Positions 1 through 9,417 of a stretch of DNA of 64,000 bases are shown here, in pieces. Position 1 is the first letter of the stretch; each line of letters begins with the position of its first letter. The stretch lies in assembly GCA_963666285.1 (NCBI GenBank), contig OY762711.1, one strand, 5' to 3'. Under the pieces are notes generated by a model. That model worked only from the letters and a program-made list of their open reading frames with translations, had not been told where the DNA came from and ran no database searches. This DNA comes from Sedimentisphaerales bacterium. GTDB taxonomy: Bacteria; Planctomycetota; Phycisphaerae; Sedimentisphaerales; SM23-30. The position numbers and the translations under genes are program-made.

Positions 1-126
1 TTTGTCAATCTTAAATATTGAAGCAACTTTATCGTTTTCGATGTTAAACCTTAATCCCAAACCTTCATTACAATTGTCACCGCAGGCAAAGCATCTACTA
101 TGTACCTCTTGGCTAAGTTGCTGCAT
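1..126 (-). CDS. PaaI/hotdog-fold thioesterase family protein, 5' part (runs off window)
   Basis: ATG at 126 gives MQQLSQEVHSRCFACGDNCNEGLGLRF...; CFxCG..N..GLGLxF is typical of PaaI-like proteins; co-oriented with the upstream operon. Confidence 0.6.
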   Translation of the reverse strand, partial: MQQLSQEVHSRCFACGDNCNEGLGLRFNIENDKVASIFKIDK

Positions 127-184
127 TAATTCTAAATTCATTTGAAGCTTTTTCTAGTCGCATATTATTGTTTGAGAAGTTTTA

Positions 185-520
185 TTAATGGTCGCACGCA
201 TTAATGCCTGTTTCCAGGCTGTTGTCGAGGTAAGCCTGTACGACAGCAGTTGCTTCCATAGCGGGAGCGCCTGTAATAACACTTATCTGGTGCTGGCTGA
301 AAATGGCTTGTGCCCGCTGTCCCATTCCACCGGCGATAATAGTATTTACTGACATTTCAGCCAGCCATGCCGGTAGGACTCCTGGTTCATGAGGTGGTGG
401 GGTATGTTCAGAGCTGGTAGAAATTGTGTTATCTTCATTGATTTCAAATATAATGAATTTTTCGCAATGGCCAAAGTGCATGCAAAGTTCACCGTTTACT
501 GTTGGTAGTGCTATTTTCAT
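185..520 (-). CDS. NifB/NifX family (dinitrogenase FeMo-cofactor biosynthesis-like) protein
   Basis: MKIALP...HFGHC...PPPHEPGVLPAWL...IIAGGMG motifs. Confidence 0.9.
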   Translation of the reverse strand: MKIALPTVNGELCMHFGHCEKFIIFEINEDNTISTSSEHTPPPHEPGVLPAWLAEMSVNTIIAGGMGQRAQAIFSQHQISVITGAPAMEATAVVQAYLDNSLETGINACDH

Positions 521-536
521 GAATAACTCCTTATGA

Positions 537-1370
537 TTATTTTTTATGTATTTTGCTAAGTAAAGTTTCTACGATTTTTCCCAGTTCATCCTGGACAACA
601 TCTGTTGTTTTGCTTTCAGAAATAGACATGCCTGCATCACCACCGGTTGCAATGCCTGGATCAATTGGCAGACTGCCCAGTAAGGTCAGGCCGCTTTCTT
701 CTGACAGTTGTTTACCACCATCGGATTTGAAAATGTCAAACTTTTCTCCGCAATGAGGGCATACTACAGATGACATATTTTCGATTAATCCCCATATTGG
801 CAGCATTACCTGGTTGCAGAATGTCAGGCATTTACGTACATCGCCAATTGAAACTGCTTGTGGAGTGGTTACTACCACGGCGCCGGCATTGATTCCGACT
901 AATTGTGCCGCGCTTAACGGTTCATCACCAGTTCCGGGCGGTGAATCGATTACCAGGTAATCCAGTTCGCCCCAGTCTGTATTAGCCAGCAGTTGCTGTA
1001 TGACTGAGTTTTTCATTGGTCCCCGCCATATTACGGCTTTGTTGATATCATCCAGCAGGAAGTCTATTGACATTACTTTCAATGTCTCAGACACAACTAT
1101 AGGGATGAGTGTTTCATTGTCGCCGTGACATCTCTGGCCGCTTAAGCCGGTCATTCTTGGTACACTTGGTCCATGAAGGTCAATGTCAAGCAGGCCGGTT
1201 TTATATCCTTTTTTACTCAGCTCAACAGCCAGGTTAACTGCTACTGTACTTTTGCCTACACCGCCTTTACCGCTCAAGACGAGTATTTTTTTGCCGATAG
1301 CATTCATTACTCGTTCAAGTTTTTCTTTATCCGCCTGCGGATGCCCGTGAGTACCGCTATCTTGTACCAT
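537..1370 (-). CDS. mrp: Mrp/NBP35 family Fe-S cluster carrier ATPase
   Basis: SGKGGVGKST Walker A, DIDLHGPS, AVIWRGP, DSPPGTGD, ENMS..CPHC. Confidence 0.92.
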   Translation of the reverse strand: MVQDSGTHGHPQADKEKLERVMNAIGKKILVLSGKGGVGKSTVAVNLAVELSKKGYKTGLLDIDLHGPSVPRMTGLSGQRCHGDNETLIPIVVSETLKVMSIDFLLDDINKAVIWRGPMKNSVIQQLLANTDWGELDYLVIDSPPGTGDEPLSAAQLVGINAGAVVVTTPQAVSIGDVRKCLTFCNQVMLPIWGLIENMSSVVCPHCGEKFDIFKSDGGKQLSEESGLTLLGSLPIDPGIATGGDAGMSISESKTTDVVQDELGKIVETLLSKIHKK

Positions 1371-1374
1371 ATTG

Positions 1375-3177
1375 TTATTTCCTTATTGCTTTATTAATGT
1401 TTTGCCATATTGCTGTTATTTCCCTGGCAGTTTTACTGTCAGGGGAGTATTCAACTACAGTTTGTTTTTCTGACATGGCATTACAGAATACTTCATTATA
1501 TGATATTCTGCCGAGTAAATCTATATTGTTATTATTGGCAAAATTAATTATCTTAGTGCTCATTTCTTCATTTAAATCGGCTTTGTTAATGACGATACCG
1601 GCAGGTAGTCTGAAGTGCCTGCAAAGATCATATATCATGGTCAGGTCATGAAGTCCGGACACCGTTGGTTCTGCTGCCAGGACTACATATTTGACTCCGC
1701 CTACTGAAGCAATCACAGGGCAGCCTGTACCAGGTGAGCCGTCGATAATTACATAGTTATTCTTGTCTATCAGCTCACCGGCTTTGTTGCGTACCAGTGT
1801 TACCAGTTTGCCGGAATTGGACTTGCCGGGGACAAGTGTTGCATGACTCATTTTTCCACTTCGTATGTTTGATTCATACCATCGACCATCAATTCCAGGT
1901 CTGCCGAATATGGCGTTTCTTGGACACAGCTCGACACATGCGCCACAACCTTCACATTTATCTTCGTCGATCTGGTATCCGTAGCTTCCGGTTCGTTTAA
2001 CCGCTCCGAATTTACATATGTATAAGCAGTCTCCGCAAGGATGGCATTTACTATTATCAATATACATTGTTTGACCGCCTGTAAATTCCTTGCATTTTTG
2101 CACTTCCGGTTCAAAGATCAGGTGCATGTCAGCAGCGTCAACATCACAGTCAGCTATTGTTCCTTCTGATAAAACAGCCAGGCATCCGGCCAGTGAAGTT
2201 TTACCGCTGCCGCCTTTTCCGCTTAATACGGCGATTTCAATAACATTTGTATTATGGCTTCCGGTTCCGCTGATTCTACCTGTTGGTTCGGCCTGAAATA
2301 CACCTTTGCATTCGATAGGTTCATTTTTGGCTGGTTTCTGTTTTAAGATAATATCAGCTGCTGTTTTAAAGGCAGCTTTTATCTCCGGCATACTATTAAC
2401 TGCTAATTCACCTCTGGAATATTTTTCGGCAATTTCTCTGCTATCGGGTAAAGTCACCAGGATTTCCAGTTCTTCTTCTTCACACCATTTTGTAAGTGAT
2501 TTCAAGTCCCCTAATCCAGACCTGTTAATGAGAATTAGTGGTTCAATACCGAGAGATCGGCACATGCCGACAGAAAGTTTCATGTCATGTGTGCCAAATG
2601 GGGTAGGATCACCAACTACTACTGTTATATCTGCGTCTTGCACTGTATGAACTGCAGGGCAGCTTGTCCCCGGAGGGGAATCGTATATAGTGATGTTATC
2701 AGATAGATTTTCCTTTAGGGAATCTATCAATTTGGTTGTCATGCCGCCGGAACCTGTTGCGAGTTCTGCCCATTTCAAACTTATATTATCTTTTGTGCCG
2801 CAATATGTTGTGCCGATCTTTTTCTGGCTTTTTATCATTGCCTGCTGTTTGCAAACAACCTCACAAGCACCGCAGTACCGGCATAACTCGTTGAATACCA
2901 TAACCTTTTCTTTGCCTACGACAATAGCATTCATAAAGCATATTTTGCCGCAGTTTCCGCAAAGTACACATTTATCCATATCTACAGAATCAATACAATC
3001 AGCATATTGTACTATTTCTTTTGTTTCATCGGGTTTAATAAATAAATGTGCATTTGCACCTTCAACATCGCAGTCAATATATTCGACAGGTTGTTGTTCA
3101 CTTAAGACCTTTGCCAGGCAGGTGGCAGCAAAGGTCTTGCCGCTCCCGCCTTTTCCACTTGTAATAGCTATTTTCAT
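1375..3177 (-). CDS. Fusion of two MinD-like P-loop ATPase domains, each with an inserted 4Fe-4S ferredoxin module
   Basis: Two SGKGGSGKT motifs, two DCDV motifs, four CxxCxxCxxxC clusters, PPGTSCP/SPGTGCP; start taken at MKIAITSGKGG (ORF extends to 3222). Confidence 0.85.
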   Translation of the reverse strand: MKIAITSGKGGSGKTFAATCLAKVLSEQQPVEYIDCDVEGANAHLFIKPDETKEIVQYADCIDSVDMDKCVLCGNCGKICFMNAIVVGKEKVMVFNELCRYCGACEVVCKQQAMIKSQKKIGTTYCGTKDNISLKWAELATGSGGMTTKLIDSLKENLSDNITIYDSPPGTSCPAVHTVQDADITVVVGDPTPFGTHDMKLSVGMCRSLGIEPLILINRSGLGDLKSLTKWCEEEELEILVTLPDSREIAEKYSRGELAVNSMPEIKAAFKTAADIILKQKPAKNEPIECKGVFQAEPTGRISGTGSHNTNVIEIAVLSGKGGSGKTSLAGCLAVLSEGTIADCDVDAADMHLIFEPEVQKCKEFTGGQTMYIDNSKCHPCGDCLYICKFGAVKRTGSYGYQIDEDKCEGCGACVELCPRNAIFGRPGIDGRWYESNIRSGKMSHATLVPGKSNSGKLVTLVRNKAGELIDKNNYVIIDGSPGTGCPVIASVGGVKYVVLAAEPTVSGLHDLTMIYDLCRHFRLPAGIVINKADLNEEMSTKIINFANNNNIDLLGRISYNEVFCNAMSEKQTVVEYSPDSKTAREITAIWQNINKAIRK

Positions 3178-3282
3178 TTTATTAAAATATAGTTGCGGCT
3201 TTGAATTTGCAGAGACACTCACAGTGACTGTGGTTTGTGTTTCATACTAAAACATTGCCGCAACTGAGTACAAAAATATCAA

Positions 3283-3564
3283 TTAATATCCGCCGCCTCG
3301 AATTCGTTTGCGGCTGCCGTCACAGAAACCTCTACCAAATCCACCGCCTCGGCGACGTCCCATGCCGCGACCGAAACCGGCTTGTTGTGCAAATCCTCGT
3401 CCAAAGTTTGCATTAAAACTTTGATTTGGTATTTGGCTGGTTTCCTGTTCAGTTTCATTATTAGCGTTTACGTTATCTGTAGAGTAAGCTCCGTTACATC
3501 TACCCATACCGCGACCTGTCATAGGCCCCTGGCCATTTGGTCCAGTTCCATCAAAACGTGGCAT
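3283..3564 (-). CDS. DUF5320-like Gly/Arg-rich small protein
   Basis: MPRFDGTGPNGQGPMTGRGMGRC N-terminus and GRG repeats. Confidence 0.8.
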   Translation of the reverse strand: MPRFDGTGPNGQGPMTGRGMGRCNGAYSTDNVNANNETEQETSQIPNQSFNANFGRGFAQQAGFGRGMGRRRGGGFGRGFCDGSRKRIRGGGY

Positions 3565-3601
3565 GTTACACCTGCCTTTCTTTATGTTGTTTGTTGCATA
3601 C

Positions 3602-4468
3602 TCAAACACATTGTAGGTTGGTTTGAGTTATTATCATATCACCCAGGTTACATTCCAGTTCTCTGGCGACAACCGGGCATTTTGCCTTCAATAAGAAGAA
3701 TATATTTTTGTCAATATGATTGAGTGTTTCAAAATTTCCCTGACCCTTGGCGATTATAAGGTCTGCCTTTTCGAATTCCTTTAGAAAGTTGTCTGAACAT
3801 AGCTCCAGTACTGTTCCTGGTGCATTGGTACCATTGTCGATGACTTTTACCATTTGTGGTAGACCTGTAAGTCTTGCATCTTCAATTGTTACATCGTTCA
3901 GGATAGGCATTCCGCGAACAACCGCGGTCACTTTTTCCGTAGGCATCAATTCGATCAGTAATTTATCAAATACTACTTCTCCAGCATTATCCAGCAGGTA
4001 CAAAATATTTTCAGCTTTGGTTACGGCTTTTTGAAGCTCTTTGACTTTTTCAGTGTTTAATTTGCTGGTTAATGATTCTGTTATTGCTGCTTCAATTGTT
4101 TCATCCGAGACGTAACTTGTGACGCCAAAGTCGATTATATTTCCGGCAATTGCCAGTCGAATGGCTGTCTCAAATTTACATTCAGAGTTTTCTATTTTTT
4201 CATGCAGCTCATCCAGCAGTCTCAATGCCACCTTATCAGAGTTTTCTTTTATTTCTTTATAAGCATCTATGCCGCCGGTATGTTTGTTTATTATTTCCTG
4301 TATTTTTTGACTCAGTACCGGCGGGCTGTTTTCAAAATCCAGTTTACTGGCGGCAATTAGAGCTTCACGCATAATCTTTTCGCGAATTTCCTGATCGTTA
4401 ACTGTTTTTGCTGCCACAGTATATGCCTGGCGTATTAGGCAAGGCACACATTCCAAAAAAGTTTTCAT
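3602..4468 (-). CDS. DUF89/ARMT1-like metal-dependent phosphatase
   Basis: ECVPC, AIAGNIIDFG, LDNAGE, NDVT, KGQGNFETL, LKAKC motifs. Confidence 0.9.
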   Translation of the reverse strand: MKTFLECVPCLIRQAYTVAAKTVNDQEIREKIMREALIAASKLDFENSPPVLSQKIQEIINKHTGGIDAYKEIKENSDKVALRLLDELHEKIENSECKFETAIRLAIAGNIIDFGVTSYVSDETIEAAITESLTSKLNTEKVKELQKAVTKAENILYLLDNAGEVVFDKLLIELMPTEKVTAVVRGMPILNDVTIEDARLTGLPQMVKVIDNGTNAPGTVLELCSDNFLKEFEKADLIIAKGQGNFETLNHIDKNIFFLLKAKCPVVARELECNLGDMIITQTNLQCV

Positions 4469-4504
4469 AAACTACTCGTTCTACTCTCTCTATATACTGA
4501 TAGG

Positions 4505-4870
4505 TTAAACCCAATGTCCTTCAACATTTGCTTCTTTTATTTCTTCCAGTTTGTTAGCTTGAAGGTCGTTTGCTAATTCACGTATTTCCTTACCTTCTAA
4601 CGCTTTAAATACTTTTATGCCATTTCCTGTAAGGGCAGCCATAGCTTTAGGTCCTACATTTAATGCAACCAGTACCTCAACTCCGGCATCAATAATTTGT
4701 TGGGAAGCCTGTAAACCGGCACCTTGAACTGCCTGGGTGTCCTGGGTGTTTGAGATATAGGACCATTCTTTGCTATTAGTGTCGTAAATTGCAAAGAAAC
4801 CGGCACGTCCAAAACGTACAGAAACTAATGCATCATTACTTTCTTCTTCAACACAGAATGCTATTTTCAT
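4505..4870 (-). CDS. NifB/NifX family protein
   Basis: RFGRAGFF, GAGLQA, GPKA motifs. Confidence 0.88.
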   Translation of the reverse strand: MKIAFCVEEESNDALVSVRFGRAGFFAIYDTNSKEWSYISNTQDTQAVQGAGLQASQQIIDAGVEVLVALNVGPKAMAALTGNGIKVFKALEGKEIRELANDLQANKLEEIKEANVEGHWV

Positions 4871-4873
4871 ATT

Positions 4874-5185
4874 TTATTCCTCGCATTTCTTTCTATCAAA
4901 TCTTATGTGACCGCCTTCTATACAGATTGCTTTACCTTCTGCCAGAGCTTCTGCCAGTTTTTTTCTTACACTGGCGTAAATCCTGGTTACTGTCGGGCGT
5001 GAAATATTCATTTTTGCAGCTGCTGTTTCCTGGTCCATTCCCTGGTTGTCCAGCAGATTCATTACTTCGAATTCGTCCAGCGTTATAATGACTCGTTCCA
5101 GCTGCCGAGCTGGGATTCCGGCCGGTTTATACATTACCGATCCCGGCACACTTGAAATTCGTCTGTGTTTATGCGGCCTGGGCAT
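4874..5185 (-). CDS. DUF134 family DNA-binding protein
   Basis: MPRP..KPAGIP..LDEFE..QETAAAKMNISRPT..AEALAEGKAICIEGG. Confidence 0.9.
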   Translation of the reverse strand: MPRPHKHRRISSVPGSVMYKPAGIPARQLERVIITLDEFEVMNLLDNQGMDQETAAAKMNISRPTVTRIYASVRKKLAEALAEGKAICIEGGHIRFDRKKCEE

Positions 5186-5227
5186 TAATTACTCCCCGTT
5201 TAATGTTATTTCTATCGTCCTTTTTAT

Positions 5228-5262
5228 ACTACATTATGAACATATGTTCATAATGTAGTCAA
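5228..5262 (-). promoter_or_regulatory. Perfect 32 bp palindrome (operator candidate) overlapping a -35 element upstream of the DUF134 operon
   Basis: ACTACATTATGAACAT|ATGTTCATAATGTAGT at 5228-5259; TTGACT on the minus strand at 5262-5257. Confidence 0.7.
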
Positions 5263-5345
5263 GAAAAAATCTTTTGGAATATGATGTTTAGATCTGTAAG
5301 TGACTTTGAATAAAGTGGTTGAGGTGAAAAAAGAAATATTTTTTA

Positions 5346-5717
5346 TTAGCCGGCTGCAAGGTGGCAAGGGCAGTTATTATCGTTTTTTAGCTTAGTTTTG
5401 CTTTGGCTTGTCAGCTGTAAAAAGCGGCGGCACTGCTGCAGGCGGTCATAGCCTAGCATGGTGCCAAGTATGAAGTCTTCATCCGGAGTATATTCTGTCA
5501 GGTTAGGTTTGCCTATTGTTGTGATGACATTTACGCACTCTGTTGCACCAAAAAAGACATTTATATTTCCGTTTTTTAACGGGTAAATGACATATGCTAT
5601 CTCATACTTATTGAGCTTCTGTTCAATCTTATCTCTGAATTCAGAAGAAATGGTATGTAAGATCAGGTTTCTCAATCCTTTACGATATTCATATATGTGA
5701 TGATTAAATACTCTCAT
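5346..5717 (-). CDS. DUF2023 family protein
   Basis: HHIYEYRKGLRNLILHT...EDFILGTMLGYDRLQQC signature; lies downstream of feoB. Confidence 0.85.
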   Translation of the reverse strand: MRVFNHHIYEYRKGLRNLILHTISSEFRDKIEQKLNKYEIAYVIYPLKNGNINVFFGATECVNVITTIGKPNLTEYTPDEDFILGTMLGYDRLQQCRRFLQLTSQSKTKLKNDNNCPCHLAAG

Positions 5718-5805
5718 GTATTTTTCCTATATTCGTGAATGGTTATTGATCCTGTCCTTGTTTGATATTATTTAGGGAATAATATATGTGCGGTCAAGGT
5801 AAGCA

Positions 5806-7869
5806 TTAAGTCCCTATATTTAATGCTGTGCCAACCTGAAATACCAGGGTGGTGAGCCCAAATGCTATAACTGTAAGGCCGACGAACTGGAAAATAGCCC
5901 ATTTCCAGTTTGTCTCTCTTCGACATACTGCCAGAGTGGCCATACACGGTGCACTGATCAGGCAGAACAGCATGATGCAGAAGCCTTGAAGCGGGTTGTA
6001 GTTGTTTTTGAGTTTGTCTCTCAGTGTGTCAGATTCTTCATCTGTTTCACCTACGGAAAAGACGATACCCATTTGAGCGACAAAGACTTCCTTAGCGGCA
6101 AGAGCTCCCAGTAGAGCTGTGCCTATTTTGTAGTCAAAGCCCATTGGTTTGATAACAGGTTCCATCGTTTTACCTATTCTGCCGACGATAGAGTATTCCA
6201 GCTCGGCCTGCTGGACTTGTTCGGCGGTCAATCCTTCCAGTGATTCGGCAGAAGGTTTTGGGTAAACGGTTGCAGCCCATAAAGCGATAGATATCCATAA
6301 GATAACGGTACCGGCTTTTTTGAGGTATAGCCAGCTGCGGTTTGATACATGGATTGACAGGCCTCGTAAAGTCGGCATACGGTAGGGCGGCAGTTCCATC
6401 AGGAAGATTCCGCTCTGGCCTTTGAGTATCGTTCTTCGCAGTATAGCGGCAAGAATAACTGCTAGAATAATTCCTATAACGTACATAAGCCACATAACAA
6501 ATCCTCGCCATTGAACCGGGAAAAAGGCAGGGATAATAAGTGAATAAATTGGCAGCCTGGCACCGCAGCTCATAAGCGGCAGGATGAGAATTGTGGCAAA
6601 TCTACTCTTTTTATCTTCTAATATTCTGGTGCCCATAATTGCCGGTACGGTACAGCCAAAGCCGATGACCATTGGGATAAAGCTTCTGCCGTGCAGTCCG
6701 ATTTTTTTCATGATACGGTCCATGAGGAATGCCGCTCTTGCCATATAGCCGCTGTCTTCGAGCATGGAAATAGCAAGGAAGAGAAGTACGATATTTGGTA
6801 GAAAGACAATTACGCCGCCTACTCCGCCTATTATGCCATCGACAATAAGTGACTTCAGGTGGCCGTCCGGTATTATGTTGGAAATGCCGGTGCTTAGTAT
6901 TCCAAAGCCACTTTCAATCAAGCCCATGAGCGGATCGCCCGCCCAGAAAACCAGTTTGAAGACAAGGTACATCATGAGAAAGAAAATGGGCAGTCCGATA
7001 GCACGGTTAAGTAAGAATGTGTCAATAGTGTCGCTGATGTCGTGGTGACGCTGTGCTGTATGTTTAACAGCCTGTTCGTGTACTCCAGAGATGAACCCGT
7101 AGCGTTTTTCCGCAATAACAACATCAGGCCGGTCACCGAAAAGTTTATCCAGTTTTGAAGCACTTTCGTGGGCAGCTTCGAGAACTTCGATGTTATGTTC
7201 TTTGCTCAAGATATCTTCGTCATGTTCGAGCAGTTTAAGTGCGATCCATCTTCTACCGTATTTTTGTGCAAGGGTGTGATCTTTATTTACGACAGATGAA
7301 AGTTTGTCGAGTTCTTTTTCGATATCGTCGCCATAATTGATCAGGTTTGCAGAGTCAATATTACCGGGATTGTTTGCTTTGTCGATTACCGCATCGAGCA
7401 GTTCGTTCAGGCCTGAACCTTTTGAACCGATAGTAAGTACAACATTTGCGTTAAAGAATTTACTGATTTTAGCAATGTCGAATGTGAAACCCTGTTTTTC
7501 CGCGATGTCTGCCATATTGAGAGCAAGTACCATCGGTACATTAAGTTCCATAATCTGCGTGGTGAGATATAGATTTCTTTCGAAATTGCCAGAATCGATA
7601 ACATTTATAACAACATCCGGTTTTTCCAGGATAAGGTAATCTCTGGCAACAACCTCTTCGACCGAGTTGGCAGCTAACGAATATGTGCCAGGCAGGTCAA
7701 CCAGGTTGACCTGATAATCTTTGTATATTTTAGTGCCTTCTTTTTTTTCTACAGTAACGCCAGGGTAATTTCCAACATTCTGCTTGGCACCAGTAAAAGC
7801 ATTGAATATTGTTGTTTTACCGCTATTAGGATTACCCGCGATAGCTACTGTAAGTTTTTTATTTTGCAT
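5806..7869 (-). CDS. feoB: Ferrous iron transporter FeoB
   Basis: GNPNSGKTT, VGNYPGVTVEKK, DLPGTYSL, NMAD GTPase motifs plus membrane gate domains (LEDSGYMARAAF, GFGC, MELPPY). Confidence 0.97.
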   Translation of the reverse strand: MQNKKLTVAIAGNPNSGKTTIFNAFTGAKQNVGNYPGVTVEKKEGTKIYKDYQVNLVDLPGTYSLAANSVEEVVARDYLILEKPDVVINVIDSGNFERNLYLTTQIMELNVPMVLALNMADIAEKQGFTFDIAKISKFFNANVVLTIGSKGSGLNELLDAVIDKANNPGNIDSANLINYGDDIEKELDKLSSVVNKDHTLAQKYGRRWIALKLLEHDEDILSKEHNIEVLEAAHESASKLDKLFGDRPDVVIAEKRYGFISGVHEQAVKHTAQRHHDISDTIDTFLLNRAIGLPIFFLMMYLVFKLVFWAGDPLMGLIESGFGILSTGISNIIPDGHLKSLIVDGIIGGVGGVIVFLPNIVLLFLAISMLEDSGYMARAAFLMDRIMKKIGLHGRSFIPMVIGFGCTVPAIMGTRILEDKKSRFATILILPLMSCGARLPIYSLIIPAFFPVQWRGFVMWLMYVIGIILAVILAAILRRTILKGQSGIFLMELPPYRMPTLRGLSIHVSNRSWLYLKKAGTVILWISIALWAATVYPKPSAESLEGLTAEQVQQAELEYSIVGRIGKTMEPVIKPMGFDYKIGTALLGALAAKEVFVAQMGIVFSVGETDEESDTLRDKLKNNYNPLQGFCIMLFCLISAPCMATLAVCRRETNWKWAIFQFVGLTVIAFGLTTLVFQVGTALNIGT

Positions 7870-7884
7870 TGTATCAATCCTGTA

Positions 7885-8646
7885 CTATTGCTGTTCGACA
7901 ATGATGTTAACCGCTTCGTTTTTTCTGATAGATAAATGGTACCCTTTAACCTTAATCTCTATAGGGTCGCCAAGCGGCGCTACTCTCTCAACCTCAATGA
8001 CTGTGCCGCGGCTAATGCCCATTTCGGCCAGTCGTTTTGATGCAGAAGACCCTCTTTTGACTCTTTGGACGATACATTTATTGCCGGGTTTGATGTCCAG
8101 CAGGGTTTGGGGTTCGGTTTCATCGGTCATCTTTGCAATTTCCTTTTTGTGTCTGTTTGCGGTATCCTCAAGGCATGTCTGACAGGATTCCGAGCTGCTG
8201 AGGTGCAGTTTCTGGGTATAGCTTTGGAATCTATCGACCCAGTTTTTGCCGCATTTAGGACATGCCTGGATGAATTCAGAAAATAGTATTATCCGATCGA
8301 TAATCTCGTCCGGGACAGCGTGTTCCATCTCACAAGCTCCTTTTTCGGCAATGTCGGAATTGACGCCCAGTATGTTTTCGAAAAAGTCGCTTAGAGTTTC
8401 GTGTTTTCTGATAATTTCGAGTGCTTTTTCCTGGCCTTCCGGAGTAATGGAGATGAGTTCGTAAGGTGCATAGTTTATAAGTTTCATTTTTGTAAGGGCT
8501 TGTAGAGCGCCGGTGACAGATCCGGCCTTGACGTTAAGCCTGTCAGCGATGTCCTTTGCCCGTGCAGCTCCTTTATCGGCGACTATCAGGTAAATAGTTT
8601 CCAGGTAGTCTTCCAGGCTGGCACTAAGTTGTATGTTTTTAGTCAT
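7885..8646 (-). CDS. DtxR/MntR-family metal-dependent repressor fused to a C-terminal FeoA domain
   Basis: EDYLETIY, RKHETL, ACEMEH DtxR motifs; C-terminal RLAEMG...RVAPLGDPIEIKVKGYHLSIR. Confidence 0.92.
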   Translation of the reverse strand: MTKNIQLSASLEDYLETIYLIVADKGAARAKDIADRLNVKAGSVTGALQALTKMKLINYAPYELISITPEGQEKALEIIRKHETLSDFFENILGVNSDIAEKGACEMEHAVPDEIIDRIILFSEFIQACPKCGKNWVDRFQSYTQKLHLSSSESCQTCLEDTANRHKKEIAKMTDETEPQTLLDIKPGNKCIVQRVKRGSSASKRLAEMGISRGTVIEVERVAPLGDPIEIKVKGYHLSIRKNEAVNIIVEQQ

Positions 8647-8661
8647 GAAAAAGCCTTTCTT

Positions 8662-8703
8662 TTAGTCCTATCTAATTTTATAAGGCCAGCCTAACTTTGT
8701 CAA
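8662..8703 (-). promoter_or_regulatory. Sigma70 promoter overlapped by two DtxR-like boxes
   Basis: Minus strand TTGACA(8703-8698)-17 nt-TAAAAT(8680-8675); TTAGTCCTATCTAA (8662-8675) and TAAGGCCAGCCTAA (8681-8694) resemble the TTAGG..CCTAA DtxR core. Confidence 0.7.
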
Positions 8704-8949
8704 TATTTTTTTATTTTTTGGAGGTTTCAAGGGAGAGGTGTTTTTCATATATTTAGCACCAGGCGAAACTTGGAGCAGAGCAGGCATAGCCTGCACCAGA
8801 CCTCAGCAGCCTCGCTGCGTTCGGACCAGACATAGTCTGGACCAGACCTCGCTTTGCTCGGTAACGAATAGAGATTGTCAATTCTAGAGGGCAAATCAGA
8901 ATGATTTGCCGAGGCGTGATACAAATATTCAGTTTTTCAAAGAGCAAAA

Positions 8950-9417
8950 TTTATGTAAAAGACGAAGTATTCGTCGTTGTTAAGTTTTAACGAGAGCAGT
9001 TTTTTTGTCGGTAATCATTTTTATTAGCTCTCTACAATTGGACGGTATGTCGAAAGTGCGCTGATTTTTTTGATGGGATGGTTGGTTTGGAAGTTTGTAA
9101 GGTGTTGTGGATAAGCGGGATAATAATTTTGAAGATTTTAGATTTTCGCGATTTGGTGGATGTAAAAACGAGATGATTTTTTCGAGAAAATCAGGGGCCA
9201 GGGATCAGGTTTCAGATGCCAGGGAAGGTTGCTCGCTACCGCTCGCGGGTAATTGATGGGTAACGGGAGGTGTGCGGAAAGGTAACGGGACAGCGCGGAG
9301 GTGGGACGGCGGTGAAAAGGGGTGCGGATTTGAACGGCGGGGAATTGCGGGCTGCGGACAGTATACGGCGGAACGTTGAATGGGTGCGGCGGTATACGGA
9401 CTGGAACGAAGCGGAGA
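8950..9417 (+). repeat. ~470 bp non-coding leader-like repeat, copy A
   Basis: Aligns end to end with the reverse complement of 42573-43040; identical blocks include TTATTAGCTCTCTACAATTGGACGGTATGTCGAAAGTGCGCTGATTT. Confidence 0.9.

Noticed and set aside
185..5185. Nitrogen-fixation cluster
   Set aside because: Only NifX-like domains are present, with no nifHDK; this cluster type is widespread in anaerobes
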